Shown: piece after piece, positions 1 through 9,817 of the stretch
How positions within the stretch are numbered: position 1 is the stretch's first letter
Layout: every line of letters begins with the position of its first letter
Assembly: GCA_041547605.1 (NCBI GenBank)
Contig: JBFEUB010000001.1
Coordinates: 1 to 46,848 of the forward strand
Direction of reading: 5' to 3'
DNA: 46,848 nt
Source: Desulfobacteria bacterium
Lineage (GTDB): Bacteria; Desulfobacterota; Desulfobacteria; Desulfobacterales; C00003060
Notes under the pieces: generated by a model
What the model was told of the DNA's origin: nothing
Databases searched by the model: none
Seen by the model: only the letters and a program-made list of their open reading frames with translations
Made by a program: the position numbers and the translations under genes

Positions 1-2399
1 GTTTCGGGCCTTCCACCGCAGGGCAGAAAGAGATCGGCTGACACGTCGAAGATCAGGTGCTCAATCTCTCTGTGAAACTCATCGGTCGTTATCCACTGTT
101 CTGCAATTGTCGCGTCAGTCCGAACGAGCTTTCTGTGGAGCATCTTAAGCTGGATCTGCCGGGTTTCCGTCCCGAAAATAACGAATCCACCAGGGTGAAG
201 CGCCTTTGGATTCATGTGGACCACATCTTCCTTCATAAGCAGCTTTTTCAATGCTCTATGATTCAAGCCCTCTGGATCATACACGCCTCCTGCTCTGTCC
301 ACGATGCTCAGTATTTTCGCTTTAGGAAAGCGTTCAAATAGGTATCGCAATGCATTTCCAGCCACATCTCCGTTCGTGCCGCCCGTCATTTTTACCGTAA
401 AAGGACTCCGGCGCATGTTTATTCCGATTTCCTTCATGGCGATCTCTGCAAACTTGACGACCCCCCGTGACGTCACGCCGTATTCCCTGTGATTGATTCC
501 GGCGCGTTTGCTCGACATGATGCCTGTGCCGAGGAGATATCCTCGTTTCACCGCCTCTTTGGCAATGAGTTCAATCATGGCGTTGGGCATGTTTTCGTCA
601 GGACCCAGTTCGATGGGCTCCTCTTCTCTGTAGTAGTCAATCACGTGAGGATGTTTTGCCTTCCCATCGTCTGTCACAAAGATATCCAAAAACGCATTGG
701 CAAAACCGAACTGCAGTTTGAAAAGGCGATTATTAATTTCCTCCTCTGACCGACATTCCTGGGCGTTCAGGACCGCGGCCATTTTGGATCCACCTTCATA
801 GATATCCTTGTTCTTTAGGTGTTGGGTGTGGGCCAGGACAAAGACTTCGCGGAACAAGGTGTTCATGTTGGTGACGTACGAATCGCCACTTGTGCAAATG
901 ATGGTCCGCCATCCCCCTCTGGCAATATCTGAAAACCCTATATGGTAACTTACACCGTACCGGCCGAAAAAGAAGGTGATTCTGAAGGGATTCTCCCTGG
1001 GAAGATCGGACGTAAAAGCTCGGGGCAGCTCTGCCAGGTACGAGGGATCCAAACGAAAAGCCAGAGCATGCTTTTGAGGCACGAAGAAATTTGTCTTTAG
1101 GACATGGCGTATCAACGAAAGACAGGTCAGGAAGATTCTTCTCCTGATTCTGTCCAAATATCTGTGACCGGTATTGTAGTCTTCGATGGCGCGTCGCGCT
1201 TCTTGCACAGCCGATTCGAATTCTCTACGTCCTCTTTTTGCGCTCTTGTCGAACCGCATTTTAAAAAGTCCAATGAGCTGCGACGTAGTTTCCGGGTCAG
1301 TCAGAAAGGCCTCTTTTACTCTTGCCAACGAGAAGCGATCCAGTTGGTTGTGACCCAAGTTGGTGTGACAGAAGGCAATGAACGCCTCCGTTAAAGAGGC
1401 CTCTTCCCCTCCCATGATGCCCCCTGTAACGAAGTGGGTGTACGTGTCGGTCTGGGCAGAGAGAATGTGGGTATTATATAACTCTGTCTGGAGTTGCTGA
1501 AATAGCTGCGACCCCTTCGTCAGTGGAGCAGCGTCGGGAGGGATAATGTAAAAGGTGCCGAGGAAATGCCTTTGAGACCCCGTGCTGATGTTTAAGCTGT
1601 AAGAGCGTTGGACCCCAATACCAAGTCGCCGAAAGACCTCGCTTATCTGGGTCATGAATCCTTTTTCCGGTGGGCTTGCTACGGAGAAAAGGAGGCGATA
1701 CTCGGTACATCTGCAGAAGACACTTTGCACCAATTCCAGATCAAGGTAGAGACCATTATATATGGTACTTTGCTCATACAGCCATAAGGCCCGAGCTATC
1801 CTGTCAGGGGGAGAAATCTCTGCATAATCTGGGTCATTACACCACAAGAGGCACATCGACGTATCTAAAGTCTTCAGGTCGTAATCTGGATACAGACGCT
1901 TCATGACCTTCAGGACGGGGGTCTTTATGTCGGTTCGTATCGCCGTGCCAGCGGACTGCGTGATTTCCTTATGGGTTTTTCTTTCAAACTCAAATCTCAG
2001 GATTTCCAAAGCCTTGTCAGCCCCCGGTACGGACTCATACGAATGCGTCAATTCTGCATAAGAGATCTGTCGTTCCTCGATACCCTTTACCGTTTCATAC
2101 AGGGAACCGGGAGTGTCCAAATGCGCAACGATGAGCTTGTTGTCTTGATCCACCAGCGTGATTCCGCGTTGCCTAGCGACGTCCTTGAGCCGAATAGCTA
2201 GATTTGCGATTGCTTCAGTTTCATTCTGCATGGTGATGAAAAAATATGGAGGCATGTTTGCGAATAGCCATGCGAGATTCTCCAATGCGTCATTTAGACG
2301 GGATGTAACTATTGCTTGAATAGACTGCTGCAGTGCCTTGGCCTGCTCAGCCAATACCTCAGCTAAAATGTCTTCCTGCTTTATTTCCTTGTCGGCCAT
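1..2399 (-). CDS. NAD-specific glutamate dehydrogenase, large class; C-terminal part runs off the window
   Basis: Absent from the ORF track because there is no stop in the window. Manual translation of the minus strand from the ATG at 2399 gives an open frame of 799 codons (MADKEIKQEDILAEV...). It contains KNKDIYEGGSK, GPDENM, GINHREYGVTSRGV and TVKMTGGTNGDVAGN, which are typical of large NAD-GDH. Confidence 0.8.
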   Translation of the reverse strand, partial: MADKEIKQEDILAEVLAEQAKALQQSIQAIVTSRLNDALENLAWLFANMPPYFFITMQNETEAIANLAIRLKDVARQRGITLVDQDNKLIVAHLDTPGSLYETVKGIEERQISYAELTHSYESVPGADKALEILRFEFERKTHKEITQSAGTAIRTDIKTPVLKVMKRLYPDYDLKTLDTSMCLLWCNDPDYAEISPPDRIARALWLYEQSTIYNGLYLDLELVQSVFCRCTEYRLLFSVASPPEKGFMTQISEVFRRLGIGVQRSYSLNISTGSQRHFLGTFYIIPPDAAPLTKGSQLFQQLQTELYNTHILSAQTDTYTHFVTGGIMGGEEASLTEAFIAFCHTNLGHNQLDRFSLARVKEAFLTDPETTSQLIGLFKMRFDKSAKRGRREFESAVQEARRAIEDYNTGHRYLDRIRRRIFLTCLSLIRHVLKTNFFVPQKHALAFRLDPSYLAELPRAFTSDLPRENPFRITFFFGRYGVSYHIGFSDIARGGWRTIICTSGDSYVTNMNTLFREVFVLAHTQHLKNKDIYEGGSKMAAVLNAQECRSEEEINNRLFKLQFGFANAFLDIFVTDDGKAKHPHVIDYYREEEPIELGPDENMPNAMIELIAKEAVKRGYLLGTGIMSSKRAGINHREYGVTSRGVVKFAEIAMKEIGINMRRSPFTVKMTGGTNGDVAGNALRYLFERFPKAKILSIVDRAGGVYDPEGLNHRALKKLLMKEDVVHMNPKALHPGGFVIFGTETRQIQLKMLHRKLVRTDATIAEQWITTDEFHREIEHLIFDVSADLFLPCGGRPE

Positions 2400-2505
2400 A
2401 TTGCCTATCTTCACTCTTCCCCATGCGTCAGCATGGCCTTTGGCGCACGGATTACAATGACTTCTCCTTGGGCATACTCCTTGTCACCTGCATAAAGGGA
2501 ACATG

Positions 2506-2901
2506 TCACAACGACTTTTTTTCATGCAGTTCTTTGATTCGGGCTCTGAGCAGAAGTTCCACACCAATGGGTGTGGGACGGAGGTACCGTACCTGCAGCG
2601 TCCCGGTTACATATCGGATTGGAGGATCCGTGCCAGGCTGGCGCCCTTCGGCCTCATAAGCCGCAGCAGTAGCCGTTCCCAGGCTGTGGCAGTCAATGAG
2701 GCTGGCTATCAGACCACCATAAACATATCCGGGAAAGGCCGTGTGGTATCCGAGCGGTTTGAAGCGACATAGGGCTTCGGTGCCGTCCCAATATGTCTTA
2801 ATCTGCAGGCCGTGGGGGTTGTTTCTGCCGCACCCGTAACAAACAGCCACTTCATCGGCATAGTAATCCTGGATTGCTAGTTCAGTCATTCGTTGCCCCA
2901 T
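2506..2901 (-). CDS. PaaI-family hotdog-fold thioesterase
   Basis: 131 aa ORF. The CYGCG...NPHGL N-terminal segment and the GYVYGGLIASLIDCH core resemble PaaI/4HBT-type thioesterases. The true start may be the second Met (MTELAIQ). Confidence 0.7.
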   Translation of the reverse strand: MGQRMTELAIQDYYADEVAVCYGCGRNNPHGLQIKTYWDGTEALCRFKPLGYHTAFPGYVYGGLIASLIDCHSLGTATAAAYEAEGRQPGTDPPIRYVTGTLQVRYLRPTPIGVELLLRARIKELHEKKSL

Positions 2902-2927
2902 TCTATCGGATTACTTCATTACGCAAC

Positions 2928-3232
2928 GGGCTGTTGCCCACATAGCTGTCCAAGACAACATTCAGGGAACCGCCGGGGGGACATCCTTTTTGAGGCAGGT
3001 CAATCCTCCTCCTGCTCGTCAGTGGCAAATGGTATCGAGCGTCACGAACCAGGCACACGCAAACGTTGTATACAAGCTGACAAGCCTATTGTAAATGGAT
3101 CAGGACCGCGTATCGAATATGGTGCCGTTGAGGGGTCTGTCAGGCCATATCAGTGACCTGACCTCAAAAAGGATGTCCCCCTGGCGGCAAGAGCTGCGCA
3201 ACACGAGCAGCATCTTCAAAAAGGTGCCAAAC
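2928..3232 (+). repeat. Family-1 nested-palindrome repeat, copy 1 (arm A, core, arm B)
   Basis: Arm A (GGGCTGTTGCCCACATAGCTGTCC...) begins at 2928. The core lies between inverted repeats CCGCCGGGGGGACATCCTTTTTGAGGCAGGTCA (2970-3002) and TGACCTGACCTCAAAAAGGATGTCCCCCTGGCGG (3154-3187). Arm B runs to about 3232. The element aligns by eye with 10993-11311 and with the reverse complement of 44724-45153. Confidence 0.9.
3067..3095 (-). promoter_or_regulatory. Candidate sigma70-type promoter inside the family-1 core, firing toward the thioesterase gene
   Basis: Minus strand reads TTTACA (3095-3090), a 17 nt spacer, then TATACA (3072-3067). The same motif, position and spacing occur in the other two full copies. 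Confidence 0.45.
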
Positions 3233-3264
3233 TTGCGTCCAATAGTTGTCCTCGCCGGGTGCTA

Positions 3265-4698
3265 TCATTTCTTGGGCCGGGAGATAATGTGGGTGGCGGT
3301 TCCCAGGAAAGCTTCGGCAGCCTCTTCTTCAGCTTCCGAAAGCGTGGGGTGTGGATGTATCGAAAGGGCGAGATCCTCTGCTAGGGCGCCCATTTCCACG
3401 GCCAAGACACCTTCCGAGATCATCTCTCCTGCCTCCCGTCCCACAATGCCCAGGCCCAAGACGCGCTCGGTTTCAGGATCAATGATCATCTTGGTCATGC
3501 CTTTGGACAGACCCATCGTGACCGCCCGTCCTGACGCCGTCCACGGGAATCGGGATACATTTACGGGACGGTTCTGCTGCCGAGCTTCCTCTTCCGTCAA
3601 GCCGCACCATGCGAGCTGAGGATCAGTATATACAACAGCAGGAATGGCCGTCACGTCAAATCCGGCTGGATGACCCGCAATGACTTCTGCGGCCACTTTC
3701 CCTTCATACATGGCCTTATGGGCCAGCATCACCCCGCCCACAACATCCCCTATGGCAAATATCTTCTGATCCGTGGTTCGTCGCTGTTCGTCAACGCTGA
3801 TGAAACCTTGTTCATCTACCTGGACCTTGGTCTTTTCAAGACCGATATCCTTTGAGTTGGGACGCCGGCCGATGGCTACGAGCACGCGATCGAAAACCTG
3901 CTGGGGCTCGGGCACATCGCCTTCTAGCAAGACGCTGACACCTTCTTCTTTTTCTTCAAGAATCTTGACTTTGGTGTTGCAAAAGATCGCCTCAAAACGC
4001 TTTTCTAGTTCCTCCCTTAGAGGCTTTGTTAGATCCGGGTCTGCGCCAACCATAAGTCTATCAGCCATCTCTACAACGGTTACCCGACTTCCAAGGGAAG
4101 CATATACGGAGCCGAGTTCAACGCCCACATATCCGCCTCCCACCACCAAGAGTTTTCCTGGGATATCCGTCAGAGCCAAGGCGCCAGTGGAATCCATAAT
4201 CCGGCTTCCCGGTTTGAAAGAGATTCCTGGCAAAGAGATGGGTTCAGAACCGGTGGCGATGATCGCGTGACGGAACTTGAAACGGGAGATCTCCACATCT
4301 TCGCCTTCGAGGTGGACCTGGTCGGAACCCTCAAACTGGGCGGTTCCCTTGACCAGTTGGACACCCCGTTTCTTGCTCAACGTCATGAGCCCGGTGGCCA
4401 ATTTCTCTATGACCTGACCCTTCCACTGCCTCAGTTGGTCCAGGTTGATTTTCGGGTCACCAAAGGTGATGCCCATCTCCTTGGCGCGGCGACCGTCATG
4501 AATAAGCTCCGAAGCGTGTAAGAGTGTCTTCGAGGGAATGCAGCCCCTGAACAGGCAAACGCCGCCCGGGCGGCCTGCGGAGTCCACCATGGTAACGTCC
4601 AGGCCGAGGTCTGCAGCGCGAAAAGCGGCTGCATAGCCCCCAGGCCCTCCCCCCATGACCAGCAGTTCCGTCTCCTGTGTAAATTCACCCATAACCAT
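3265..4698 (-). CDS. lpdA: Dihydrolipoyl dehydrogenase (E3)
   Basis: 477 aa. It has the GGGPGGY FAD motif, the redox-active CLFRGCIPSK disulfide, and a C-terminal HPHPTLSE dimerisation/His-Glu motif. Confidence 0.9.
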   Translation of the reverse strand: MVMGEFTQETELLVMGGGPGGYAAAFRAADLGLDVTMVDSAGRPGGVCLFRGCIPSKTLLHASELIHDGRRAKEMGITFGDPKINLDQLRQWKGQVIEKLATGLMTLSKKRGVQLVKGTAQFEGSDQVHLEGEDVEISRFKFRHAIIATGSEPISLPGISFKPGSRIMDSTGALALTDIPGKLLVVGGGYVGVELGSVYASLGSRVTVVEMADRLMVGADPDLTKPLREELEKRFEAIFCNTKVKILEEKEEGVSVLLEGDVPEPQQVFDRVLVAIGRRPNSKDIGLEKTKVQVDEQGFISVDEQRRTTDQKIFAIGDVVGGVMLAHKAMYEGKVAAEVIAGHPAGFDVTAIPAVVYTDPQLAWCGLTEEEARQQNRPVNVSRFPWTASGRAVTMGLSKGMTKMIIDPETERVLGLGIVGREAGEMISEGVLAVEMGALAEDLALSIHPHPTLSEAEEEAAEAFLGTATHIISRPKK

Positions 4699-4775
4699 GG
4701 CTAATATGTCCTCCCGCGAAAGCCCTCAGTGGCGGTTTGCCCCGCCGACAGGCATGAGCCTGATTTTTTATTACC

Positions 4776-6053
4776 CTACGCCATCATCACGAGATTCTCT
4801 GGATTCTCAAGGGTGTTGATAACCACGCTCATAAAGCGGGCCGCATCCGCGCCATCCACAACCCTGTGATCGAAACCAAGCGCGAGCGGCAGGATCAGCC
4901 TTGGCACAATTTCGAAGTTCACCCGATCACCGCGAACAACGGGTCGAAGTCGCGTGCGGCCCAAACCAAGAATGGCCACTTGCGGGTAATTGATGATGGG
5001 CGTAAAACCCGTGCCCCCCAATGGGCCAACATTGGTGATGGTAAAGGTCCCGCCGCTCATATCCTGAACGTCTGCCAGTCCGCTTCGGGTCCTCTCGGCA
5101 AGCTCGTAAACCTCTTTGGCGAGGTCATTAATGCTTTTACAGTCCACGTGCTTGACGACGGGCACCAGAAGGCCGCGTTCCGTATCCACCGCTACGCCTA
5201 TGTTATAGTAGTGCTTCAGGATAATCTCATTGGCCTCCATGTCTAGCGTAGTATTGAACTGCGGGTAGGCCTTGAGAGCTGCTACAACAGCCTTCAACGC
5301 GAACACGGTGAGCGTCAACTTGCCCCCTTTAGCTTCTACGTCCGCCTTGTGCTTCTGACGCATGGTTTCCAGATCGGTAACATCCGCTTCGTCACTGTGT
5401 GTCACGTGGGGAATCTGAGACCAAGCCAGGCTCATGCGTTTGGCAGTCGTTCTGCGCACCGAACGCAATGGGATACGTTCTACAGACCCCCACTGACTGA
5501 AGTCGGGGAGGGGCGGGGCCCCGAATACCGCAGGGGGTTCCGTGGGCCGTTCCTCGGCTGGAGGTGGGGGGGCTTCGGCTACCATCTTGCCTTTTTCCGC
5601 GATGGCACGGACATCTTCAGCCGTGACCCGCCCGCCAGGCCCGGTCGGGGTCACCGCCCGCAAGTCCACACTCAGCTCTCGGGCCAAGCGCCTGACGGAG
5701 GGGGCGGCCGGCACAGGCCCTTCACCTCTTCCTGCAACCAGCGGTTCTGGAGCCGTTTCAGCCTCTACCTTTGTCTCTTTTGGAGGGGGTTTTGCTTCTT
5801 CGGCTTCAGCTTCTCCTTCTGCGGTGAAAGTCATGAGGACGTCACCCACGTTGACAATATCGCCGGGTTTCACCCGAATCTCTTTAACGATGCCTGTAAC
5901 CGGCGATGGGACTTCAGTCGTTGCTTTGTCCGTTTCGATCACCATAATGGATTGCCCATCTTCTACGTGGTCACCCATGGAGACAAGCACTTCGACAATC
6001 TCTCCTTCGTGAATGCCTTCCCCAAGGTCCGGAAGCTTGAATTCTTTTGGCAT
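4776..6053 (-). CDS. Dihydrolipoamide acyltransferase (E2) of a 2-oxoacid dehydrogenase complex
   Basis: 425 aa. It has an N-terminal lipoyl domain (ETDKATTEVPSP), an Ala/Pro/Glu-rich linker, a subunit-binding domain (PSVRRLARELSVDL) and the catalytic DHRVVDGA motif. Confidence 0.9.
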   Translation of the reverse strand: MPKEFKLPDLGEGIHEGEIVEVLVSMGDHVEDGQSIMVIETDKATTEVPSPVTGIVKEIRVKPGDIVNVGDVLMTFTAEGEAEAEEAKPPPKETKVEAETAPEPLVAGRGEGPVPAAPSVRRLARELSVDLRAVTPTGPGGRVTAEDVRAIAEKGKMVAEAPPPPAEERPTEPPAVFGAPPLPDFSQWGSVERIPLRSVRRTTAKRMSLAWSQIPHVTHSDEADVTDLETMRQKHKADVEAKGGKLTLTVFALKAVVAALKAYPQFNTTLDMEANEIILKHYYNIGVAVDTERGLLVPVVKHVDCKSINDLAKEVYELAERTRSGLADVQDMSGGTFTITNVGPLGGTGFTPIINYPQVAILGLGRTRLRPVVRGDRVNFEIVPRLILPLALGFDHRVVDGADAARFMSVVINTLENPENLVMMA

Positions 6054-6135
6054 GTCTTCCTCTCTGCTGTGTTCGACTTGAGACGTTATTCAGTTCTGAG
6101 CACTGACCTCAACTCGCAGAGCCACTGTAAGACCC

Positions 6136-7116
6136 TTAGAAACTCAGTGTTTCCCGGGCCGCCTGCATAATCCTGTCAACGCTTGGAATGTAGTCCTTTT
6201 CCCTTTGAAATAGCGGGATCACAATATCAAAACCGGTCACCCGGCGGATAGGCGCCTCCAGGTAAAGAAATGACTTTTCGACCAGGCGGGCCATAATCTC
6301 GGCGCCAGGTCCATAGCTGCGAGGCGCCTCATGGACCACCACGGCCCGCCCTGTTTTCTTGACCGATTGGGTAAAGCGTTCGTCGTCCAGGGGTGCGATG
6401 GTCAACAGATCAACCACCTCAGCCTCAACGCCGTCCTTCTCCTGGAGTTCGGCGGCCGCCTCCAGCGTGGGGTGGACCATGGCGCCGTAGGCAACCAGGG
6501 TGATGTCGCTTCCCTCTCGTATGATTTCAGACTGGCCAATGGGAATGGTCTCTTCTTCTTCGGGGACCTCTTCCCTGTATGCGCGGTATACGGCTTTGGG
6601 CTCATAGAAGATGACCGGGTCTGGATCACGTATGGCGCTTACCAGGAGGGCCCTGGCATTTCGCGGTGTGGAGGGAATGACGGTTTTTAAACCCGGGGTA
6701 TGCGCATAGTAGGCCTCTCGGCTTTCTGAGTGGTGTTCCAAGGCTCGCACACCTCCACCGTACGGAGCTCGGAGGACCATGGGCACATGAAAGCGTCCCC
6801 CGGATCGCCATCTCAAACGGGCTGCATGTGACTCAAGCTGGTGAAAGCCTTCGTAAGAGAATCCCGAGAACTGGATTTCGCAAACAGGCCTCAGCCCATA
6901 AACAGCCATGCCAACGGAAACGCCTATAATGCCGGATTCTGCGAGGGGGGTGTCCATAACCCGCTCTTCGCCGAACTCCTCAATGAGGCCGTCCGTAACG
7001 CGGAAAACACCGCCATCTACGCCCACATCCTCACCTAGCACAACGACTCGGTCGTCCTTTTCCATTTCCTGGCGAAGGGCCAGATTGATTGCCTGAACCA
7101 TGGTCATCTTAGGCAT
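6136..7116 (-). CDS. 2-oxoacid dehydrogenase E1 component, beta subunit
   Basis: 326 aa with a transketolase-like pyrimidine-binding fold sequence (MTMVQAINLALRQEM...VVVLGEDVG...GGVFRVT). It sits between the E1alpha and E2 genes. Confidence 0.9.
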   Translation of the reverse strand: MPKMTMVQAINLALRQEMEKDDRVVVLGEDVGVDGGVFRVTDGLIEEFGEERVMDTPLAESGIIGVSVGMAVYGLRPVCEIQFSGFSYEGFHQLESHAARLRWRSGGRFHVPMVLRAPYGGGVRALEHHSESREAYYAHTPGLKTVIPSTPRNARALLVSAIRDPDPVIFYEPKAVYRAYREEVPEEEETIPIGQSEIIREGSDITLVAYGAMVHPTLEAAAELQEKDGVEAEVVDLLTIAPLDDERFTQSVKKTGRAVVVHEAPRSYGPGAEIMARLVEKSFLYLEAPIRRVTGFDIVIPLFQREKDYIPSVDRIMQAARETLSF

Positions 7117-7199
7117 TGTCTTTCTCTCCTGTTTCTGTCACCGCATTCTCTGGAACGGCAAAGCTGTTGGGTTACACGCTAAAAAAACGCTCTGGCTTC

Positions 7200-8285
7200 C
7201 TATTTCGCGGATAGGTTCCGGCTGACCTCATTTTTCTGTTCAACCAGTGTCGGAGGTAACTCCGCAAAGGCATGGTTGAACATGTCCAGCGGATCGCCGA
7301 GTTTTTTCACCTGCTCGTCGAACCGTTCCTCGGCTTCCTTGATTTCAGCCTTGATCTCCTCCTCCAAGGAATCGATCTGGGCTTCTGAGAGCAAGTCCTT
7401 GGTGATCAGGTATTTCTGGAAACGCGTGATAGGATCACGCTTTGCCCATTCTTCAACTTGTTCGTCTGTTCTATAACGGGTTGGATCGTCTGCCGTGGTG
7501 TGCATTGACATTCGATAAGTGACGTTTTCAATCATTGTGGGGCCTTCACCAGACTTTGCGCGATCAGCCGCTTGTTGAGCCGCAGAATAGACGGCGAGGA
7601 TGTCATTTCCGTCAACCTGCATGCAAGGAACGCCATAGGCAAGCGCCTTTTGGGCCAACGTCTTCGAGCGGGTTTGTTTGGAGCGGGGAATCGAGATGGC
7701 CCACTGGTTGTTCTGACACACAAAGACCAAGGGGGTTTGAAAGACACCTGCAAAATTCAATGCCTCATGAAAGTCGCCTTCCGACGTGGCACCGTCGCCA
7801 AAGAACGTGATGACAATCTGTTTTTGGCGGCGATACTTGATGCTGTAAGCGATGCCCACGGCATGGAGGGTTTGGGAAGCGACTGGGATAGCGATTGGCA
7901 AGTTGTTGAGGGTTTCTGGAATGTAGGCACCCTCATTGTAACCCGCGTAATTGAGCAGGACGTTTTCCATAGACTTTCCACGGTACAGCTCAGCCCCCAT
8001 CTCCCGAAAAGCCGGGACAAGCCAGTCATCACGCTCCAGTACCGCAACAGCCCCTATTTGAGAGGCTTCCTGGCCCTTGATCGGCCCGAAGGTGCCTATC
8101 TTTCCTTGACGCTGCAAGATGAGCATGCGTTCGTCAAACCTGCGGGCCAGCAGCATGGCACGGTGGAGTGCAAGCAGGAGCTCCTCCGGAAGATCTGGCT
8201 CTAATTCCTTGTCTACATTGCCGTCCTCATCCAAGATGGAAAGGTAGTCTACCCGGTAAGGAAGATCGATCTCTTTTCTCGGCAT
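7200..8285 (-). CDS. 2-oxoacid dehydrogenase E1 component, alpha subunit (TPP-dependent); substrate branched-chain 2-oxoacid or pyruvate
   Basis: 361 aa with the TPP-binding motif GDGATSEGDFHEALNFA...NN and the YRMSMHTTADD segment. Valine-pathway-like neighbours favour a branched-chain complex, but that is inference. Confidence 0.85.
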   Translation of the reverse strand: MPRKEIDLPYRVDYLSILDEDGNVDKELEPDLPEELLLALHRAMLLARRFDERMLILQRQGKIGTFGPIKGQEASQIGAVAVLERDDWLVPAFREMGAELYRGKSMENVLLNYAGYNEGAYIPETLNNLPIAIPVASQTLHAVGIAYSIKYRRQKQIVITFFGDGATSEGDFHEALNFAGVFQTPLVFVCQNNQWAISIPRSKQTRSKTLAQKALAYGVPCMQVDGNDILAVYSAAQQAADRAKSGEGPTMIENVTYRMSMHTTADDPTRYRTDEQVEEWAKRDPITRFQKYLITKDLLSEAQIDSLEEEIKAEIKEAEERFDEQVKKLGDPLDMFNHAFAELPPTLVEQKNEVSRNLSAK

Positions 8286-8603
8286 GGCTTTTCTTGCTCC
8301 CTCTTTGGCAAATTGTCGTAGCTAATGCGGTGGTGTTATTGGGGTTATTCAGCTCACTTTTTTCATCTGGTTGTCGAAGAGTCAAGGCCCAATTATTAAC
8401 ATGCCAAAACAGGCCGAAATTGGTATGGGGGAAAGACTGTATTTTACAGTGAAAAACACGGTATTTATGCATGATTGGCCGATATGCGAACACCCCTGGA
8501 CACCAAGTGCCATTTATGGGAAAAAGATGCCCAGGGGATGCTGCCCATTCCCTCAGCCCCGTCTACCGGGCTGGGGTTAGAGGCGCGGGATGGAGAAGAG
8601 AAC

Positions 8604-9671
8604 ATGACCGAGTTCGACGGCGTAGCAGAACCCGTTGTGAAGACAGACGCTGAAGGCTCCCTGCTGACGATTCAGCTGAACCGTCCGCGAGTGCTCAACA
8701 GCCTGAATCTGGATATGATTCGGATGATCAGAGTTTCACTTGAAAAGGCTATATCAGAGGATTCCTGCAAATGCGTTCTCCTGTGCGGAGTCGGGGAAAG
8801 GGCCTTTTGCGCTGGTGGCGATATCAAGATGTTGACGTGCAGTGTCACAGAAGGGGATTTCCATACTGCGGAGCGCTTCTTTGAAGAGGAGTATATGCTG
8901 GATCTTTTTATGCATCAGTTTCCCAAAGCGCTTGTCGTGATTGCCGATGGCATTACCATGGGAGGCGGCCTTGGATTGGCTGCTGGTGCCGATGTGGTGA
9001 TAGCCACACAGCGCACGCGAATGGCCATGCCGGAGACAGGCATCGGCTTTTTCCCGGATGTGGGCGCTACGGGATGGCTCTTCACCAAGTGTCCCAAGGG
9101 ATACCCCGAGTTCCTGGGACTGACGGGCTATGAGCTGAAAGGCGCCGACACCGTCCACTGTGGGATGGCATCACACCTCTTTCGGTCAGAGGCTTTAGAG
9201 GGGCTGGTAGAGGCTCTGAAGACGTTGCCTGAGTCGTTAGATGCGGAAAAGGAAGTCGGGCGCACAGCGGTTTGTTCTCTGGTCAAAGATCGTTGTGAAA
9301 AACCGATTCCTTCAAGCTCACATAGGGATCGGTGGATCGAAAAACACTTTTCTAACAAGTCCTCACTCCGTGAGATTCTGGATTCTTTACACGGCTGTCA
9401 GTCAGGAAATCCATTTTGCCAAGACGTCTTGCAGAACCTGGCCAAACGTTCTCCCACGGCCCTGGTTCTCTCCTTTGAGTTGTTGCGCCTAAACGAGGGA
9501 AGGCCGTTGGAACAGGTTTTCCAGGTGGAACGGAAGGCGGCATCCTTCATGATCCGGCATCCGGATTACCTTGAAGGGGTTCGGGCCCAGGTGATTGAAA
9601 AGGGCCATAGACCCCGGTGGAATCCGAAGACGATTGAGGAGGTGCAGGATCTTCGTAAGATCCTGCTGTGA
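8604..9671 (+). CDS. Enoyl-CoA hydratase/isomerase family protein, 3-hydroxyisobutyryl-CoA hydrolase-like
   Basis: Crotonase signature FCAGGDIK, a length near 355 aa and an extra C-terminal domain typical of HIBCH. The start is set at the ATG at 8604, preceded by GGAGAAGAG. The track ORF extends upstream to 8475. Confidence 0.75.
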   Translation: MTEFDGVAEPVVKTDAEGSLLTIQLNRPRVLNSLNLDMIRMIRVSLEKAISEDSCKCVLLCGVGERAFCAGGDIKMLTCSVTEGDFHTAERFFEEEYMLDLFMHQFPKALVVIADGITMGGGLGLAAGADVVIATQRTRMAMPETGIGFFPDVGATGWLFTKCPKGYPEFLGLTGYELKGADTVHCGMASHLFRSEALEGLVEALKTLPESLDAEKEVGRTAVCSLVKDRCEKPIPSSSHRDRWIEKHFSNKSSLREILDSLHGCQSGNPFCQDVLQNLAKRSPTALVLSFELLRLNEGRPLEQVFQVERKAASFMIRHPDYLEGVRAQVIEKGHRPRWNPKTIEEVQDLRKILL

Positions 9672-9772
9672 ACGGGCTTCAGAGATGGGCAACAGGTTGT
9701 CCTGATCCTCTCAATGCTTTTCGATTTTTTTGCGGAGAAACCTCCGCTCTCGCCGGTCTGACCATTGTTCAG

Positions 9773-9817
9773 ACCGACTCCATATTTTTGGAACAAACTC
9801 CTGAGACACAACACTAG
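9773..9817 (+). repeat. Family-2 repeat, solo right end
   Basis: CCATATTTTTGGAACAAACTCCTGAGACACAACACTAG matches the right terminus of the 25215-25471 element (CCATATTCTTGGAACAAACTCCTGGGACACAACACTAG). No matching left terminus is nearby. Confidence 0.8.

Noticed and set aside
2893-3156. Similar-looking small ORFs spanning the family-1 repeats (2893-3156, 11146-11415, 11193-11378, 10902-11162, 17070-17300), sharing peptide strings such as GLSGHIS.LTSKR and VEG.VRPYQ.
   Set aside because: The peptide similarity simply mirrors nucleotide conservation of the repeat. Frames, starts and stops differ between copies, and an ATG present in copy 2 (GCAGGATGAGG) is absent in copy 1 (GCAGGAGGAGG). These are not a conserved coding sequence.
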